64,000 nt of DNA from Gemmatimonadales bacterium (GTDB lineage Bacteria > Gemmatimonadota > Gemmatimonadetes > Gemmatimonadales > GWC2-71-9): the NCBI GenBank assembly GCA_036558345.1, contig DATBFV010000041.1:2289-66288 (forward strand), written 5' to 3'. The notes beneath the pieces were generated by a model. That model was given only the letters and a program-made list of their open reading frames with translations, made no database searches and had not been told where the DNA came from. Numbering within the stretch: the first letter of the stretch is position 1; the number at the start of each line of letters is the position of its first letter. Positions 28,140-37,543 of this stretch are shown here, piece by piece. The position numbers and the translations under genes were made by a program.

Positions 28140-30824
28140 ATGCCGAGACTTACCGTCGCTCTCGCCTTGCTGTGCGTCCCTTCCTTCTTATTAGCGCAAA
28201 ACGTTCACCCCACACCCCCGCCAGACGTGCGGGCGGTGCCGCTCCAGGGTGAGATTCGCCTCGACGGGCGGCTGGATGAGCCCGTCTGGCAGAGCGCGCC
28301 GGCAGCGACGGACTTCCTGCAGAACCAGCCCCATCAGGGTGAGCGTGCGACGCAGCGGACCGAGGTTCGATTCGCATTCGACGCAGCCGCGATCTACGTC
28401 GGCGCGCGTATGTTCGACGATTCGGGCTCTCGTGGTGTGCGGACACGTCTTGCCCGCCGCGACGCGGACATCAGCACCGATTACATCCAGGTCATCTTCG
28501 ACACCTATCACGACCACATCGGGCGGCTGTTCTTTCTGGTGAATCCGTCGGGCGTCAAACAGGACGCCAACGGTCTTGGCGGCGGCGGCGATCCCTCGTG
28601 GGACCCCGTGTGGGAAGTACAGACGACGATCGACTCGCTCGGCTGGACGGCGGAGATGCGCATTCCGTTTTCTCAGCTGCGCTATCCGTCGACCGGGCAA
28701 GAGCAGACCTGGGGTCTTCAGATCTGGCGGCAGGAAAACCGTCTGAACGAGCTGTCGCAGTGGTCGTACTGGAAGCCGGAGGAAGTGGGCGGGCCACCGC
28801 AATTCGGCCACCTGCTGGGGATGGTGATTCATCAGGCGCCGGGGCGCGCCGAGGTCCTCCCGTACGTCGTGGGCCGCTCCTCCAACGTGCCCGGCGACCC
28901 GGCCGATCCCTTCTACGATCCGCACGCGATGGACGGGCGCGTCGGCGCCGACGCGATGCTGCGCGTGACGTCGAACCTCACCATGAACGCGACCGTCAAT
29001 CCCGACTTCGGTCAGGTGGAAGTAGATCCGGCCGTCGTGAATCTCAGCACGTTCGAAACGTTCTACGAAGAGAAGCGGCCGTTTTTCGTGGAGGGCGCCG
29101 GGTACTTCGGGCTGGGGGGATTCAGCTGCTACTTCTGCTCGAACGCGTTCTCACTGTCGATGCTCAACACCAGGCGCATCGGACGCGAGCCGCAGTTACC
29201 GGCCGTGCGCGACAGCGTCGCGTACGCGGACGCGCCCGACAACACGCGAATCATCGGGGCCCTCAAACTCACCGGTCGAACCCCGAGCGGCTGGTCGATT
29301 GGAGCCTTGAACTCACTGACCGCGCAAGAGCAGGCGCCCGTAGTCCTGGACGATAGCGCCGTTACCCCAAGCGTCAGGACTGTCGAGCCGCTCACCAATT
29401 ACTTCGTGGCCCGCTTCGCGAAGGACGTGCGCGGCGGCGCCACCGTCTACAAGGTCATGGCCACGTCGGTTCGCCGCGACCTGGCGAATGATCCCTACAT
29501 GAACGAGCGCCTGTCGCGGCACTCCGAAGCACTGGGTGTCTCGACCGAGATGTGGTGGAGCAAGCGGACCTACCGTCTGATGGCACAGCTCGCCGGCACG
29601 CAGGTCATCGGCGACACGGCGGCAATTCGCCGGGTCAAGGAGTCGCAGCGGCACTTCTTCCAGCGACCCGATCGCTCCGATACGCTCGACGTCCGGAAAC
29701 CGTGGACATCGATGTACGGCCTGGGCGGCTTTGCGCGAATGTCAAAGGAGCAAGGCCACATTCTTTGGGAGACCAGCGTCAACTTTCGGTCGCGCAGTTT
29801 CGACAACAACGACATCACGATTCTCCCACAGGGTGAGTTCGTGTGGATGAGCGCGAACCTGTTCCCGCTGTGGACGAAGCCGACAAAGTGGTACCGGCAA
29901 CTGGTGCTCATCGCTGGAGCGCAACAGCAGTACAACCTCGACGGGGATTTGACAAACAGGGACTACCACCTCTACGGACAGATGCAAACGCTCGGATACT
30001 GGGGATTTTCGGCGTTCTGGATTGGTTCACCAACTGTGCTGGATGACCGTTTGACGCGTGGTGGACCGGTCGTCGGTCGCCCGGGCAGGGATTATTTCTC
30101 CCTAGACGTACGAAGCGACAACCGTAAGGCGGTCGTCGGGGAGCTCACTCTGGATGGAGGCTGCAACAGGGACGGTGACTGCCAGCGCGACGTGTCGTTG
30201 TCACTCGAGCTGAAACCAAAATCGAACGTGAGCGTGTCACTGGGGCCGAGCTTCAGCAACTCTCACTCGGGCGTTCAGGCTGTCGCACGGGATTCGAGTA
30301 ACGCCGGCTTGGGACTGTATGACTGGCATTACGTCTTCGGACAGCTCGAGCGCAACGAATTCGGGATGAACACCCGTCTCAACGTGACGTTCTCGCCTAC
30401 GCTGACATTGGAGCTGTACGTACAGCCGTTCATCTCGGCGGGCGATTACACGAGCTACAACGAGTTCGCGGCGACGCGGACGACCAAACGGCTTACGTAC
30501 GGCCGCGACATTGGCACCATTGTCGTCACGCCGCCATCATCGCCGGGGGGCTCGAACACCATCACCCTCGACGCCGACGGCCCCGGGCCGGATTCCTCCT
30601 TCACCTTTGCCGATCCCAGCTTTACGGTCCGTTCGCTGCGCGGCAACGCGGTGCTCCGCTGGGAGTATCACCCCGGCTCGACGCTGTTCCTGGTTTGGAC
30701 GCGGAGCGGCGCGACGCAGGAATCGCGCGGGCAGATCAATTGGAACGAAGACACGAGCGCTCTGTTTCAGGGCCCGTCAGAGAACATTTTCATGGTCAAG
30801 GTCAATTACTGGTTGGGGTTCTAA
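28140..30824 (+). CDS. CBM9-like / DUF5916-type outer-membrane protein
   Basis: Trimmed to MPRLTVALALLCVPSFLLAQ (signal peptide). DGRLDEPVWQSA..ATDF.. matches a CBM9/DOMON-like module. The long beta-rich remainder ends ..VNYWLGF. Confidence 0.75.
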   Translation: MPRLTVALALLCVPSFLLAQNVHPTPPPDVRAVPLQGEIRLDGRLDEPVWQSAPAATDFLQNQPHQGERATQRTEVRFAFDAAAIYVGARMFDDSGSRGVRTRLARRDADISTDYIQVIFDTYHDHIGRLFFLVNPSGVKQDANGLGGGGDPSWDPVWEVQTTIDSLGWTAEMRIPFSQLRYPSTGQEQTWGLQIWRQENRLNELSQWSYWKPEEVGGPPQFGHLLGMVIHQAPGRAEVLPYVVGRSSNVPGDPADPFYDPHAMDGRVGADAMLRVTSNLTMNATVNPDFGQVEVDPAVVNLSTFETFYEEKRPFFVEGAGYFGLGGFSCYFCSNAFSLSMLNTRRIGREPQLPAVRDSVAYADAPDNTRIIGALKLTGRTPSGWSIGALNSLTAQEQAPVVLDDSAVTPSVRTVEPLTNYFVARFAKDVRGGATVYKVMATSVRRDLANDPYMNERLSRHSEALGVSTEMWWSKRTYRLMAQLAGTQVIGDTAAIRRVKESQRHFFQRPDRSDTLDVRKPWTSMYGLGGFARMSKEQGHILWETSVNFRSRSFDNNDITILPQGEFVWMSANLFPLWTKPTKWYRQLVLIAGAQQQYNLDGDLTNRDYHLYGQMQTLGYWGFSAFWIGSPTVLDDRLTRGGPVVGRPGRDYFSLDVRSDNRKAVVGELTLDGGCNRDGDCQRDVSLSLELKPKSNVSVSLGPSFSNSHSGVQAVARDSSNAGLGLYDWHYVFGQLERNEFGMNTRLNVTFSPTLTLELYVQPFISAGDYTSYNEFAATRTTKRLTYGRDIGTIVVTPPSSPGGSNTITLDADGPGPDSSFTFADPSFTVRSLRGNAVLRWEYHPGSTLFLVWTRSGATQESRGQINWNEDTSALFQGPSENIFMVKVNYWLGF

Positions 30825-30904
30825 AAGGAGCAGGGAGCGGGGAGCAGCGGAACCTGGTAGCGTTTTAGGAGAGACAGCTCCCAGCTCACTGCTCCCTGCT
30901 CCTT
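30825..30904. repeat. 80-nt intergenic inverted repeat (perfect 14-bp arms plus a nested 6-bp stem)
   Basis: AAGGAGCAGGGAGC at 30825-30838 is the exact reverse complement of GCTCCCTGCTCCTT at 30891-30904. The inner GGGAGC (30840-30845) pairs with GCTCCC (30877-30882). The structure starts right after the TAA at 30822-30824 and ends 8 nt before the pirin ATG. Confidence 0.7.
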
Positions 30905-30912
30905 GAGGTCAT

Positions 30913-31827
30913 ATGTCGATCCGTGCCGTCAAGTCCATTTCCCAGTCGCTGCCCACGCTCGAAGGCGCCGGCGTCAAGCTGCGCCGTGCGTTTGGCTTTG
31001 GCCGCACCGGCGACTTCGATCCGTTTCTCTTGCTGGACGATTTCCGCAATGAGCATCCCGAGGACTATCTCCCCGGCTTTCCGTGGCATCCGCACCGCGG
31101 TATCGAGACGATCACCTATGTGCTGAGCGGCAGCGTGCAGCACGGTGACAGCCTGGGCAACCGCGGGACGATGGGTGCGGGCGACGTGCAATGGATGACC
31201 GCCGGCAGCGGGATTCTGCATCAGGAAATGCCGAAGGGCGATGAACGGGGCCGCATGCACGGTTTTCAACTCTGGGCCAACCTGCCGCGCAGCCTGAAGA
31301 TGACGGCGCCGCGGTATCAGGATATCCATTCGAAGGAAATTCCCGAAATCGTCGATGACGATGGCACGCGTGTTCGGGTCGTCGCCGGGGATTTCTGGGG
31401 CAAGCGCGGGCCCGTCGAAGGCGTTGCCGCCGACCCGCGCTATCTGGACATCTGGATTCCGCCGCGCGTGCGCAAGACGATTCCGGTCGAGGCGTCACGC
31501 CACGCGTTCGCCTATGTGTTCGAGGGGAGCGGCTCGTTCCGCGATGCGTCGGCCCCACTGGGCGTGCAGACCGATCGCGTCTCGGCGGGTGGCCGCGATG
31601 CCGGCAGTGAGAGCGCGCAAGAGACCGCCAATCGCTCGCTCGTCCTGTTCGATTCGGGAGACGAGATCACGGTCCAGGCGGGAGAGCAAGGGATGCGGTT
31701 CCTGCTCGTTTCAGGGCAACCGCTGCAGGAACCGGTCGCGTGGCAGGGACCGATCGTGATGAACACGCGGGATGAGCTGCAGCAGGCCTACGAGGAACTG
31801 CGGCGCGGGACGTTCATCAAGCGCTAG
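30913..31827 (+). CDS. pirin-family protein
   Basis: FPWHPHRGIETITYVLSGSVQHGDS and WMTAGSGILHQEMP are the canonical pirin cupin motifs. Confidence 0.9.
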   Translation: MSIRAVKSISQSLPTLEGAGVKLRRAFGFGRTGDFDPFLLLDDFRNEHPEDYLPGFPWHPHRGIETITYVLSGSVQHGDSLGNRGTMGAGDVQWMTAGSGILHQEMPKGDERGRMHGFQLWANLPRSLKMTAPRYQDIHSKEIPEIVDDDGTRVRVVAGDFWGKRGPVEGVAADPRYLDIWIPPRVRKTIPVEASRHAFAYVFEGSGSFRDASAPLGVQTDRVSAGGRDAGSESAQETANRSLVLFDSGDEITVQAGEQGMRFLLVSGQPLQEPVAWQGPIVMNTRDELQQAYEELRRGTFIKR

Positions 31828-31866
31828 CCTTTTCGGTTTTGGGGCGGTTATCGTTCACGCCGCGCT

Positions 31867-33141
31867 ATGTGGACCTTCCTTCGCCGCCGCACCCTCACAC
31901 AGTGGATTGTCGTGTCCATGGTGGTCGGTGTGGCGCTCGGGATTCTTTGTCCCAGCTTCGCCGTCTCGATTCGCCCGGTCTCGACCGTCTTCTTGCGCAT
32001 GATCCGATCGATCATCGTGCCGCTCATTTTCGGCACGCTCGTCGTCGGTATTGCCGGACACGGCGACGACATGAAACGGGTCGGGCGGCTCGCGCTCAAG
32101 TCGATCATCTATTTCGAAATCGTCACCACCCTCGCGCTCTTCATCGGGCTGTTCGCGGTCAACATCCTGAAGCCCGGCGTCGGCGTCTCGCTCGCCGGTG
32201 AGACGGGCACGGCGCCGCCGGCGAGTACGCAGATCACGTTCGGCAGCGTGCTCGAGCACATCGTGCCGCAGAGCTTCTTCGAAGCCGCGGCGACGAATGA
32301 GATGCTGCAGATCGTGTTCTGGTCGGTGTTGTTCGCGATCGGGCTGTCGCAAGTGCGCGGCAGACCCAAGGAAGTCATGGTTGGTTTTTGCGAGGCGCTC
32401 GCCGAAGTGATGTTCAAGTTCACCGGCGTGGTGATGAAGTTCGCCCCGTTCGGTGTGGCGGCCGCGCTCGCGTTCACGGTGGGGCAGGCGGTCGTGAAAT
32501 ACGGCGGCCCCGAGGGTGCCTGGCACATTCTGCGGAGCCTCGGCCTCGTGGTGCTTACGCTGTATATCGCGCTCGTGGCCTTCGGGCTCTTCGTGCTGTA
32601 TCCCGTGGCGCGCCTCGCGCGGGTCCCGGTCGGGCCCTTCACCGCTGCCGTCAAGGAACCCGCGCTGATTGCATTCTCCACAGCATCCTCCGAAGCCGCG
32701 CTGCCCAAAGCCATGGAGCAGATGGAAGCGATCGGAGTGCCGCGCCGCATCGTCGCCTTCGTGATGCCGACCGGGTATTCGTTCAACCTCGATGGCAGCA
32801 CGCTGTATCTGTCGGTCGCGTCGGTCTTCGCGGCCCAGGCGGCAGGCGTGTCGCTCACCGTCGGACAACAGTTGCTGATGATGCTGACGCTGATGCTCAC
32901 GAGCAAAGGTGTGGCCGGCGTGCCGCGGGCGGCGCTCGTCATTCTGACCGGCACGCTCGCGTCGTTCAATCTGCCGGCGGAAGCCGCCGTCGTGCTGCTG
33001 GGCGTCGACGTGTTGATGGACATGGCGCGCACGACGGTAAACCTCATCGGCAACTGTCTCGCGACCGTCGTCATGGCGCGCTGGGAAGGCGAGTACGACG
33101 AGGCGCGCGTCGTCGTAACCAAAGCGGCCGAAGCCGCGTAA
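31867..33141 (+). CDS. dicarboxylate/amino acid:cation symporter (DAACS family)
   Basis: Multiple TM segments. Family blocks are FSTASSEAALP, TGYSFNLDGSTLY and LTSKGVAGVPRAALV. Confidence 0.9.
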   Translation: MWTFLRRRTLTQWIVVSMVVGVALGILCPSFAVSIRPVSTVFLRMIRSIIVPLIFGTLVVGIAGHGDDMKRVGRLALKSIIYFEIVTTLALFIGLFAVNILKPGVGVSLAGETGTAPPASTQITFGSVLEHIVPQSFFEAAATNEMLQIVFWSVLFAIGLSQVRGRPKEVMVGFCEALAEVMFKFTGVVMKFAPFGVAAALAFTVGQAVVKYGGPEGAWHILRSLGLVVLTLYIALVAFGLFVLYPVARLARVPVGPFTAAVKEPALIAFSTASSEAALPKAMEQMEAIGVPRRIVAFVMPTGYSFNLDGSTLYLSVASVFAAQAAGVSLTVGQQLLMMLTLMLTSKGVAGVPRAALVILTGTLASFNLPAEAAVVLLGVDVLMDMARTTVNLIGNCLATVVMARWEGEYDEARVVVTKAAEAA

Positions 33142-33150
33142 CTTCTCCCC

Positions 33151-34734
33151 GTGACCACACCCGCGGCATCCGCCGAGATCCCCGCCGATCTCGCGGCGGC
33201 CCTCGCCGACCGCTACGCGCTGCGGCGCGTGCTCGGACGCGGCGGCATGGCGACGGTCTATCTTGCGGACGATAAGAAGCACTACCGGGCCGTCGCCCTG
33301 AAAGTGCTCCTGCCCGGCCTGGCGGCCTTTCTCGGCGCCGAGCGCTTTCTGAAAGAGATTCAGATCGCCGCGCGCCTGACGCATCCGCACATTCTCACTC
33401 TGCACGACTCCGGTGAGGCCGGCGGCTTTCTTTATTACGTGATGCCGTACATCGAGGGTGGCTCGCTGCGCCAGCAGCTCGAGGGTCCGCCGCGACGCGC
33501 GCTGTCCGAGTCGCAGGCGCTGGCCATCGCCGAGCCGGTGGCGGATGCGCTGACGTACGCGCATCGGATGGGTGTGCTGCATCGCGACATCAAGCCGGAA
33601 AACATCCTCTTCTTGGAAGGGCATCCGATCGTTGCCGATTTCGGCATCGCCAAGGCGGTCAGCACCGCCGGCGGCGCGAACCTGACCCGCACCGGCTTCC
33701 CGGTCGGGACGCCGGGCTACATGAGTCCGGAGCAGGCGGCGGGTCTCACCGATCTCGATGCGCGCACGGACGTGTACAGCCTCGCCGTCGTGATTTACGA
33801 AATGCTCGTCGGCGACGTGCCCGGCCGCTGGCCCACCGAGGACGCCGTGCGCGCCGGCCGCTTCCTCGAGGCCTCGGCGTCACACCGCACGCGGCTTACG
33901 ACTCTCGGGCCGGTGATTGAAGGCGCCTTAGTGCGCGGCTTGGCGATCCGCCAGGATCAGCGCACGACCTCGACGGCCGAGCTGATGGACGAGCTCGCGC
34001 GCGGTTCCGCGCCACGGCGGCGCTATGACAAGGACGAGGTGCAGGAAATCGTCAAGCGCGCCACAGAACTCGAGGCGTCGAACAAGACGGCGTCAGGTGC
34101 CATGACGATCGGCGGCGTAGAAGCGTTGGCGGGAGAAGTTGGCGTCGCGCCGGCAATCGTACGGGCCGCCGCGCAATCGCTCGAGGCGCCATACGTCGGG
34201 CCCGCGTCGCTGACGCCCAATCGCACGAATCCGTGGGTGGCCGGACCTACCGAGCTCTTTTTCGAGCGCGTCATCGAAGGCGAACTGCCCGAGTCCGAGT
34301 ACGCAACGGTCGTCGAGGAGATTCGGCGCGTGCTGCGCAACGCCGGGCAGGTCAGCCAATTTGGCCGATCGTTCTCATGGATCGCGGCTCCGCGCCAGGC
34401 GATTCGGCGTGACCTCGAAGTCGCCGTGTCCGTGCGACGCGGTCAGACGCGAATCACGATTCAAGAGAACATGAGTCAGCTCATCGGAGCTGTGTTTGGC
34501 GGGATCGGCGGCGGTATGGGTGGCGGCGGAATGGGTCCCGTCGTGGGGATCGGGGCGGGGGCGCTCCACCTCGGCCCGATGGTCCTGGCGGTGGTTCCCG
34601 TTTGGTTGGGCATCACTTACGTCACGGCGCGAACAGTATACCGCCGCAGCAGCACTAAACGTTTGCGCGAGCTCGAGAATCTGGCGAATCGGCTCGACGG
34701 TCTTGTGCGCGAGTTAGTTGTCGTTCCGCACTAG
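33151..34734 (+). CDS. Ser/Thr protein kinase with uncharacterised C-terminal domain and Gly-rich membrane anchor
   Basis: GRGGMATVYLA, ALK, HRDIKPENIL, DFGIAK and GTPGYMSPE. The C-terminus carries GGIGGGMGGGGMGP followed by hydrophobic segments (LGPMVLAVVPVWLGITYV). Confidence 0.9.
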   Translation: MTTPAASAEIPADLAAALADRYALRRVLGRGGMATVYLADDKKHYRAVALKVLLPGLAAFLGAERFLKEIQIAARLTHPHILTLHDSGEAGGFLYYVMPYIEGGSLRQQLEGPPRRALSESQALAIAEPVADALTYAHRMGVLHRDIKPENILFLEGHPIVADFGIAKAVSTAGGANLTRTGFPVGTPGYMSPEQAAGLTDLDARTDVYSLAVVIYEMLVGDVPGRWPTEDAVRAGRFLEASASHRTRLTTLGPVIEGALVRGLAIRQDQRTTSTAELMDELARGSAPRRRYDKDEVQEIVKRATELEASNKTASGAMTIGGVEALAGEVGVAPAIVRAAAQSLEAPYVGPASLTPNRTNPWVAGPTELFFERVIEGELPESEYATVVEEIRRVLRNAGQVSQFGRSFSWIAAPRQAIRRDLEVAVSVRRGQTRITIQENMSQLIGAVFGGIGGGMGGGGMGPVVGIGAGALHLGPMVLAVVPVWLGITYVTARTVYRRSSTKRLRELENLANRLDGLVRELVVVPH

Positions 34735-35453
34735 AAGGCCGCACGCCACTCAACGCGAGCGCCTCCCGGTTCGACAAGAAAATGTGGCGGGCGCAAGCCA
34801 AAGACATGCCAGCGACCCTCCATGACTTTTCCGGCGGTTACGCCGATCGTCGCGCCTGCCAGGACGTCGGAGAGCCAGTGCTTATGGTCGTTGAGGCGCG
34901 ACCACGCCGTGCCGGTGGCGCCGGCATAGAGCACAGCGGTGGCCCACGGACGCCGGATTTCCTCGGAAAGAGATGTCGCCAGCGCAAACGCCATCGTCGC
35001 GTGGCCCGATGGGAACGCGTCGTGATTGGAGAACGGCCGGAAGATGTATTGACTCGTGGCCTCGTCCGGGCGAAAACGGCCCACGACGAACTTGAGCGCG
35101 CCGGTCGTCACGCCCGCCAGGGCGACCGAGCCGAGCACGCGACCGCCGCTGCGCTGGAGCTTCGGGTTCTTGGTTGCGATGCCCGTCACGATGATCGCCG
35201 CCGGGACGCCGAACGCGACCGCCGGCGAGCCGCCCCATTTGAAGACGCGCGCGATGTCGTCGCTCTCAGCGCTCCGCTGGTCCTGGAACCAGTGGTCGAC
35301 GTGGAGGTCGGAGATACTGACGAGGCCGACGGCACCGGCGGCAATCGCGGCTTCCCACCAGCGCACCGTATGGACCGGAGGGAAAGGGGCAGGAGCAAGC
35401 GCAGGTTGCGTCTGAAGGACGATCGCGAGGAGCGCGGCGTTCACGACTTCCAC
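34731..35453 (-). CDS. PAP2-family phosphatase (membrane)
   Basis: PAP2 motifs KFVVGRFRPD, FPSGHA and SRLNDHKHWLSDV. The start is set at the GTG at 35453 (VEVVNAALL..), just downstream of the YceI stop. The track start 35552 would overlap yceI by 74 nt. The start is uncertain. Confidence 0.75.
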   Translation of the reverse strand: MEVVNAALLAIVLQTQPALAPAPFPPVHTVRWWEAAIAAGAVGLVSISDLHVDHWFQDQRSAESDDIARVFKWGGSPAVAFGVPAAIIVTGIATKNPKLQRSGGRVLGSVALAGVTTGALKFVVGRFRPDEATSQYIFRPFSNHDAFPSGHATMAFALATSLSEEIRRPWATAVLYAGATGTAWSRLNDHKHWLSDVLAGATIGVTAGKVMEGRWHVFGLRPPHFLVEPGGARVEWRAAF

Positions 35454-35478
35454 ATTCCCTCGAGTCGTTCGAACGTGC

Positions 35479-36126
35479 TCAGGGGGTCGCTGTTCTCTCG
35501 ATGGCCTCGACGTCGATCGTGATGCGGACATCGTCGCCCACGATCTGGGCACCCTCCATCAAGCGATTCAAGGTGATGCCGTAATCCTGGCGCTTGAGCG
35601 TCGTGGTGGCGGAGAACGCGGTGCGCCGGCCGCGCGGGCTCGCGAGCACGCCACCCATGTCGGTCTCGAGCACCACCGGGCGCGTGACGCCGCGCAGGGT
35701 GAGATCGCCGGTGATCCGCAGGTGATCGGCGGCCGTGCGCTCCACCTTCGTGCTCGTGAACGTGATTGCGGGGAAGCTGTCCACCGCCAGGTAGTTCTGG
35801 CGCACGTCGTTGTCGCGACGGTCGTTCCCCGTCGTAATCGTCGCGCTCTGAATCTTCGCGACGACGCTCGCCGCCTCGGGCTTGCTGGGATCGTAACTCA
35901 AGTCCGCGGTCCATTGTCCGAACGAGCCGTTGACCCACGTGATGCCGAGATGCCGGACGCGGAAGTTGACCGCGCTGTGCGCCGGGTCTGCCGCCCAGCG
36001 ATTGCTTGGTGCCGGCGGGGGGAGCGACGCAGCGGCAGTTTGAGACGGTGTGGTTTGGGATGTCTGCGCGGCCAGCGAGAAGGGAGCCGGCGCGAGCAGG
36101 ACGAATGCAAGAAGAGAACGTGTCAT
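35479..36126 (-). CDS. YceI-family periplasmic (polyisoprenoid-binding-like) protein
   Basis: Trimmed to MTRSLLAFVLLAPAPFSLAAQ (signal peptide, ATG at 36126, ATGA overlap with DUF456). YceI-like blocks are HSAVNFRVRHLGITWVNGSF and ITGDLTLRGVTRPV. Confidence 0.85.
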   Translation of the reverse strand: MTRSLLAFVLLAPAPFSLAAQTSQTTPSQTAAASLPPPAPSNRWAADPAHSAVNFRVRHLGITWVNGSFGQWTADLSYDPSKPEAASVVAKIQSATITTGNDRRDNDVRQNYLAVDSFPAITFTSTKVERTAADHLRITGDLTLRGVTRPVVLETDMGGVLASPRGRRTAFSATTTLKRQDYGITLNRLMEGAQIVGDDVRITIDVEAIERTATP

Positions 36127-36632
36127 GGCGCGTAAGATAGCACGGCGAATACGCCGATGACGGCAATCACGACACCGAGCGCGATCTTGACCGCCGCACC
36201 CGCGGCCCGCCCCACTACCGCCCCCCAACCGGCGCGCGTTGCAACGCCGGCATGCCGCGAGTACGTGTACTCGAACAGCCCGGCCCCCACGAATGAACCG
36301 ATGAACGCGCCGATCACGCTGCCGATGATGGCGACCGGGACGCCGATGACCGCGCCGACCAGTCCGCCGATGAGGGCGCCCCATCCGGAGCGGGTCGAGC
36401 CGCCGTAGCGCTTTGCATATCGGAACCCGATCCAGTTTTCGATGATCTCACCCAGAAACGCGAGCGTGAGTGCGATCGCGATGGTCGCAATGCCTACCGA
36501 ATGGAAATGCGTGAGCCACCCATAGATCAGGATCCCGCCGACCATTACCCAGAGACCCGGCAGGCCGAGGGGAATCATGGCCAGGCCGGCGAGCGTGAAG
36601 ACGCACAACAGCACTACAGCGAGAGCGGTCAT
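36123..36632 (-). CDS. DUF456-family small membrane protein
   Basis: Four hydrophobic segments. GLPGLWVMV..LAFLGEIIE..YGGS..GALIGGLVGAVIG resembles DUF456. Confidence 0.75.
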   Translation of the reverse strand: MTALAVVLLCVFTLAGLAMIPLGLPGLWVMVGGILIYGWLTHFHSVGIATIAIALTLAFLGEIIENWIGFRYAKRYGGSTRSGWGALIGGLVGAVIGVPVAIIGSVIGAFIGSFVGAGLFEYTYSRHAGVATRAGWGAVVGRAAGAAVKIALGVVIAVIGVFAVLSYAP

Positions 36633-36789
36633 CGGCGCGTCCCCATGTTCAGTTGATCATCATACGATCGCGACGCTCGCGACGATTCCGATGCTCGGCA
36701 ATCTAGGCAAAAAGCAAATCGATTAGAACCGGATAGATTCCGGGCATGACCCCCGAGATTCTCGACGCGCTGATCTCGCGCCGCACGCG

Positions 36790-37542
36790 TTGATCGGCTT
36801 CGCGCTTCTTCTCCAAATCACGGTTCCTCCACCGCGGGGATACGTCAACGACTTCGCGGGCGTGCTGGATTCCGCGTCGGTCCGGCACATGGAGGCGGTG
36901 ATCACCGAGGTGCGGGCGAAGACGCAGGGCGAGATCGCGGTCGTCACGCTTCCGGACATCGGCGACCGCGCGGCGAGCGACGTCGCGGTGCAGATCGGGC
37001 GGCAGTGGGGTGTGGGGGCGAAAGGGGAGGCCGGCGACCGCGCGAAGAATCTTGGCATCGTCGTCCTGCTCGTGCCACGAAAGAATCATCAGCCCGGCAC
37101 CGGCGACGTCTTCATCGCGACGGGGCGTGGCGCGGAAGGATTTCTCCCCGACGCGCGCGTCGGGCGGATTCGCGATGCGATGGTGCCGGAGCTCGCACAG
37201 GAGGAGTACGGCAGGGGCCTTTCCATCGGCGTCGACCTGATCGCGCAAGCCTTCGCGACGGAATTCGGCGTCACCCTCACCAGCCCCCAGGACACTGTGC
37301 CGCCCACGGGGGCGGAGCGACCACAGATCCCGGTCGGGCTGATCGTCGCGGTTGTGGTCCTGCTGATCTTCTTCAGCCGGGGCCGAGCACTCTGGATTCC
37401 ATTCTGGATCCTGAATCAGGGGGGGCGGCGTAGCGGGTGGAGCCGTGGCAGCGGCTGGGGCGGTGGCGGTGGAGGTGGTGGGTTTGGTGGATTTGGCGGT
37501 GGCGGTGGCTTTTCAGGCGGCGGGGCGGGAGGGAAATTCTGA
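36790..37542 (+). CDS. TPM-domain protein with TM segment and poly-Gly C-terminal tail (YgcG-like)
   Basis: PPPRGYVNDFAGVLDSASVRHMEAVI..KTQGEIAVVTLPDIG matches a TPM domain. One TM segment (VGLIVAVVVLLIFF). The tail is GSGWGGGGGGGGFGGFGGGGGFSGGGAGGKF. TTG start at 36790; the upstream in-frame stop is at 36724. Confidence 0.8.
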   Translation: MIGFALLLQITVPPPRGYVNDFAGVLDSASVRHMEAVITEVRAKTQGEIAVVTLPDIGDRAASDVAVQIGRQWGVGAKGEAGDRAKNLGIVVLLVPRKNHQPGTGDVFIATGRGAEGFLPDARVGRIRDAMVPELAQEEYGRGLSIGVDLIAQAFATEFGVTLTSPQDTVPPTGAERPQIPVGLIVAVVVLLIFFSRGRALWIPFWILNQGGRRSGWSRGSGWGGGGGGGGFGGFGGGGGFSGGGAGGKF

Positions 37543-37543
37543 C

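Noticed and set aside
36665-36686. Direct repeat TCGCGACG (36668-36675 and 36677-36684) in the divergent DUF456/TPM promoter region, considered as an operator.
   Set aside because: It is short and GC-rich, so chance occurrence is plausible in this genome. No regulator gene is adjacent.
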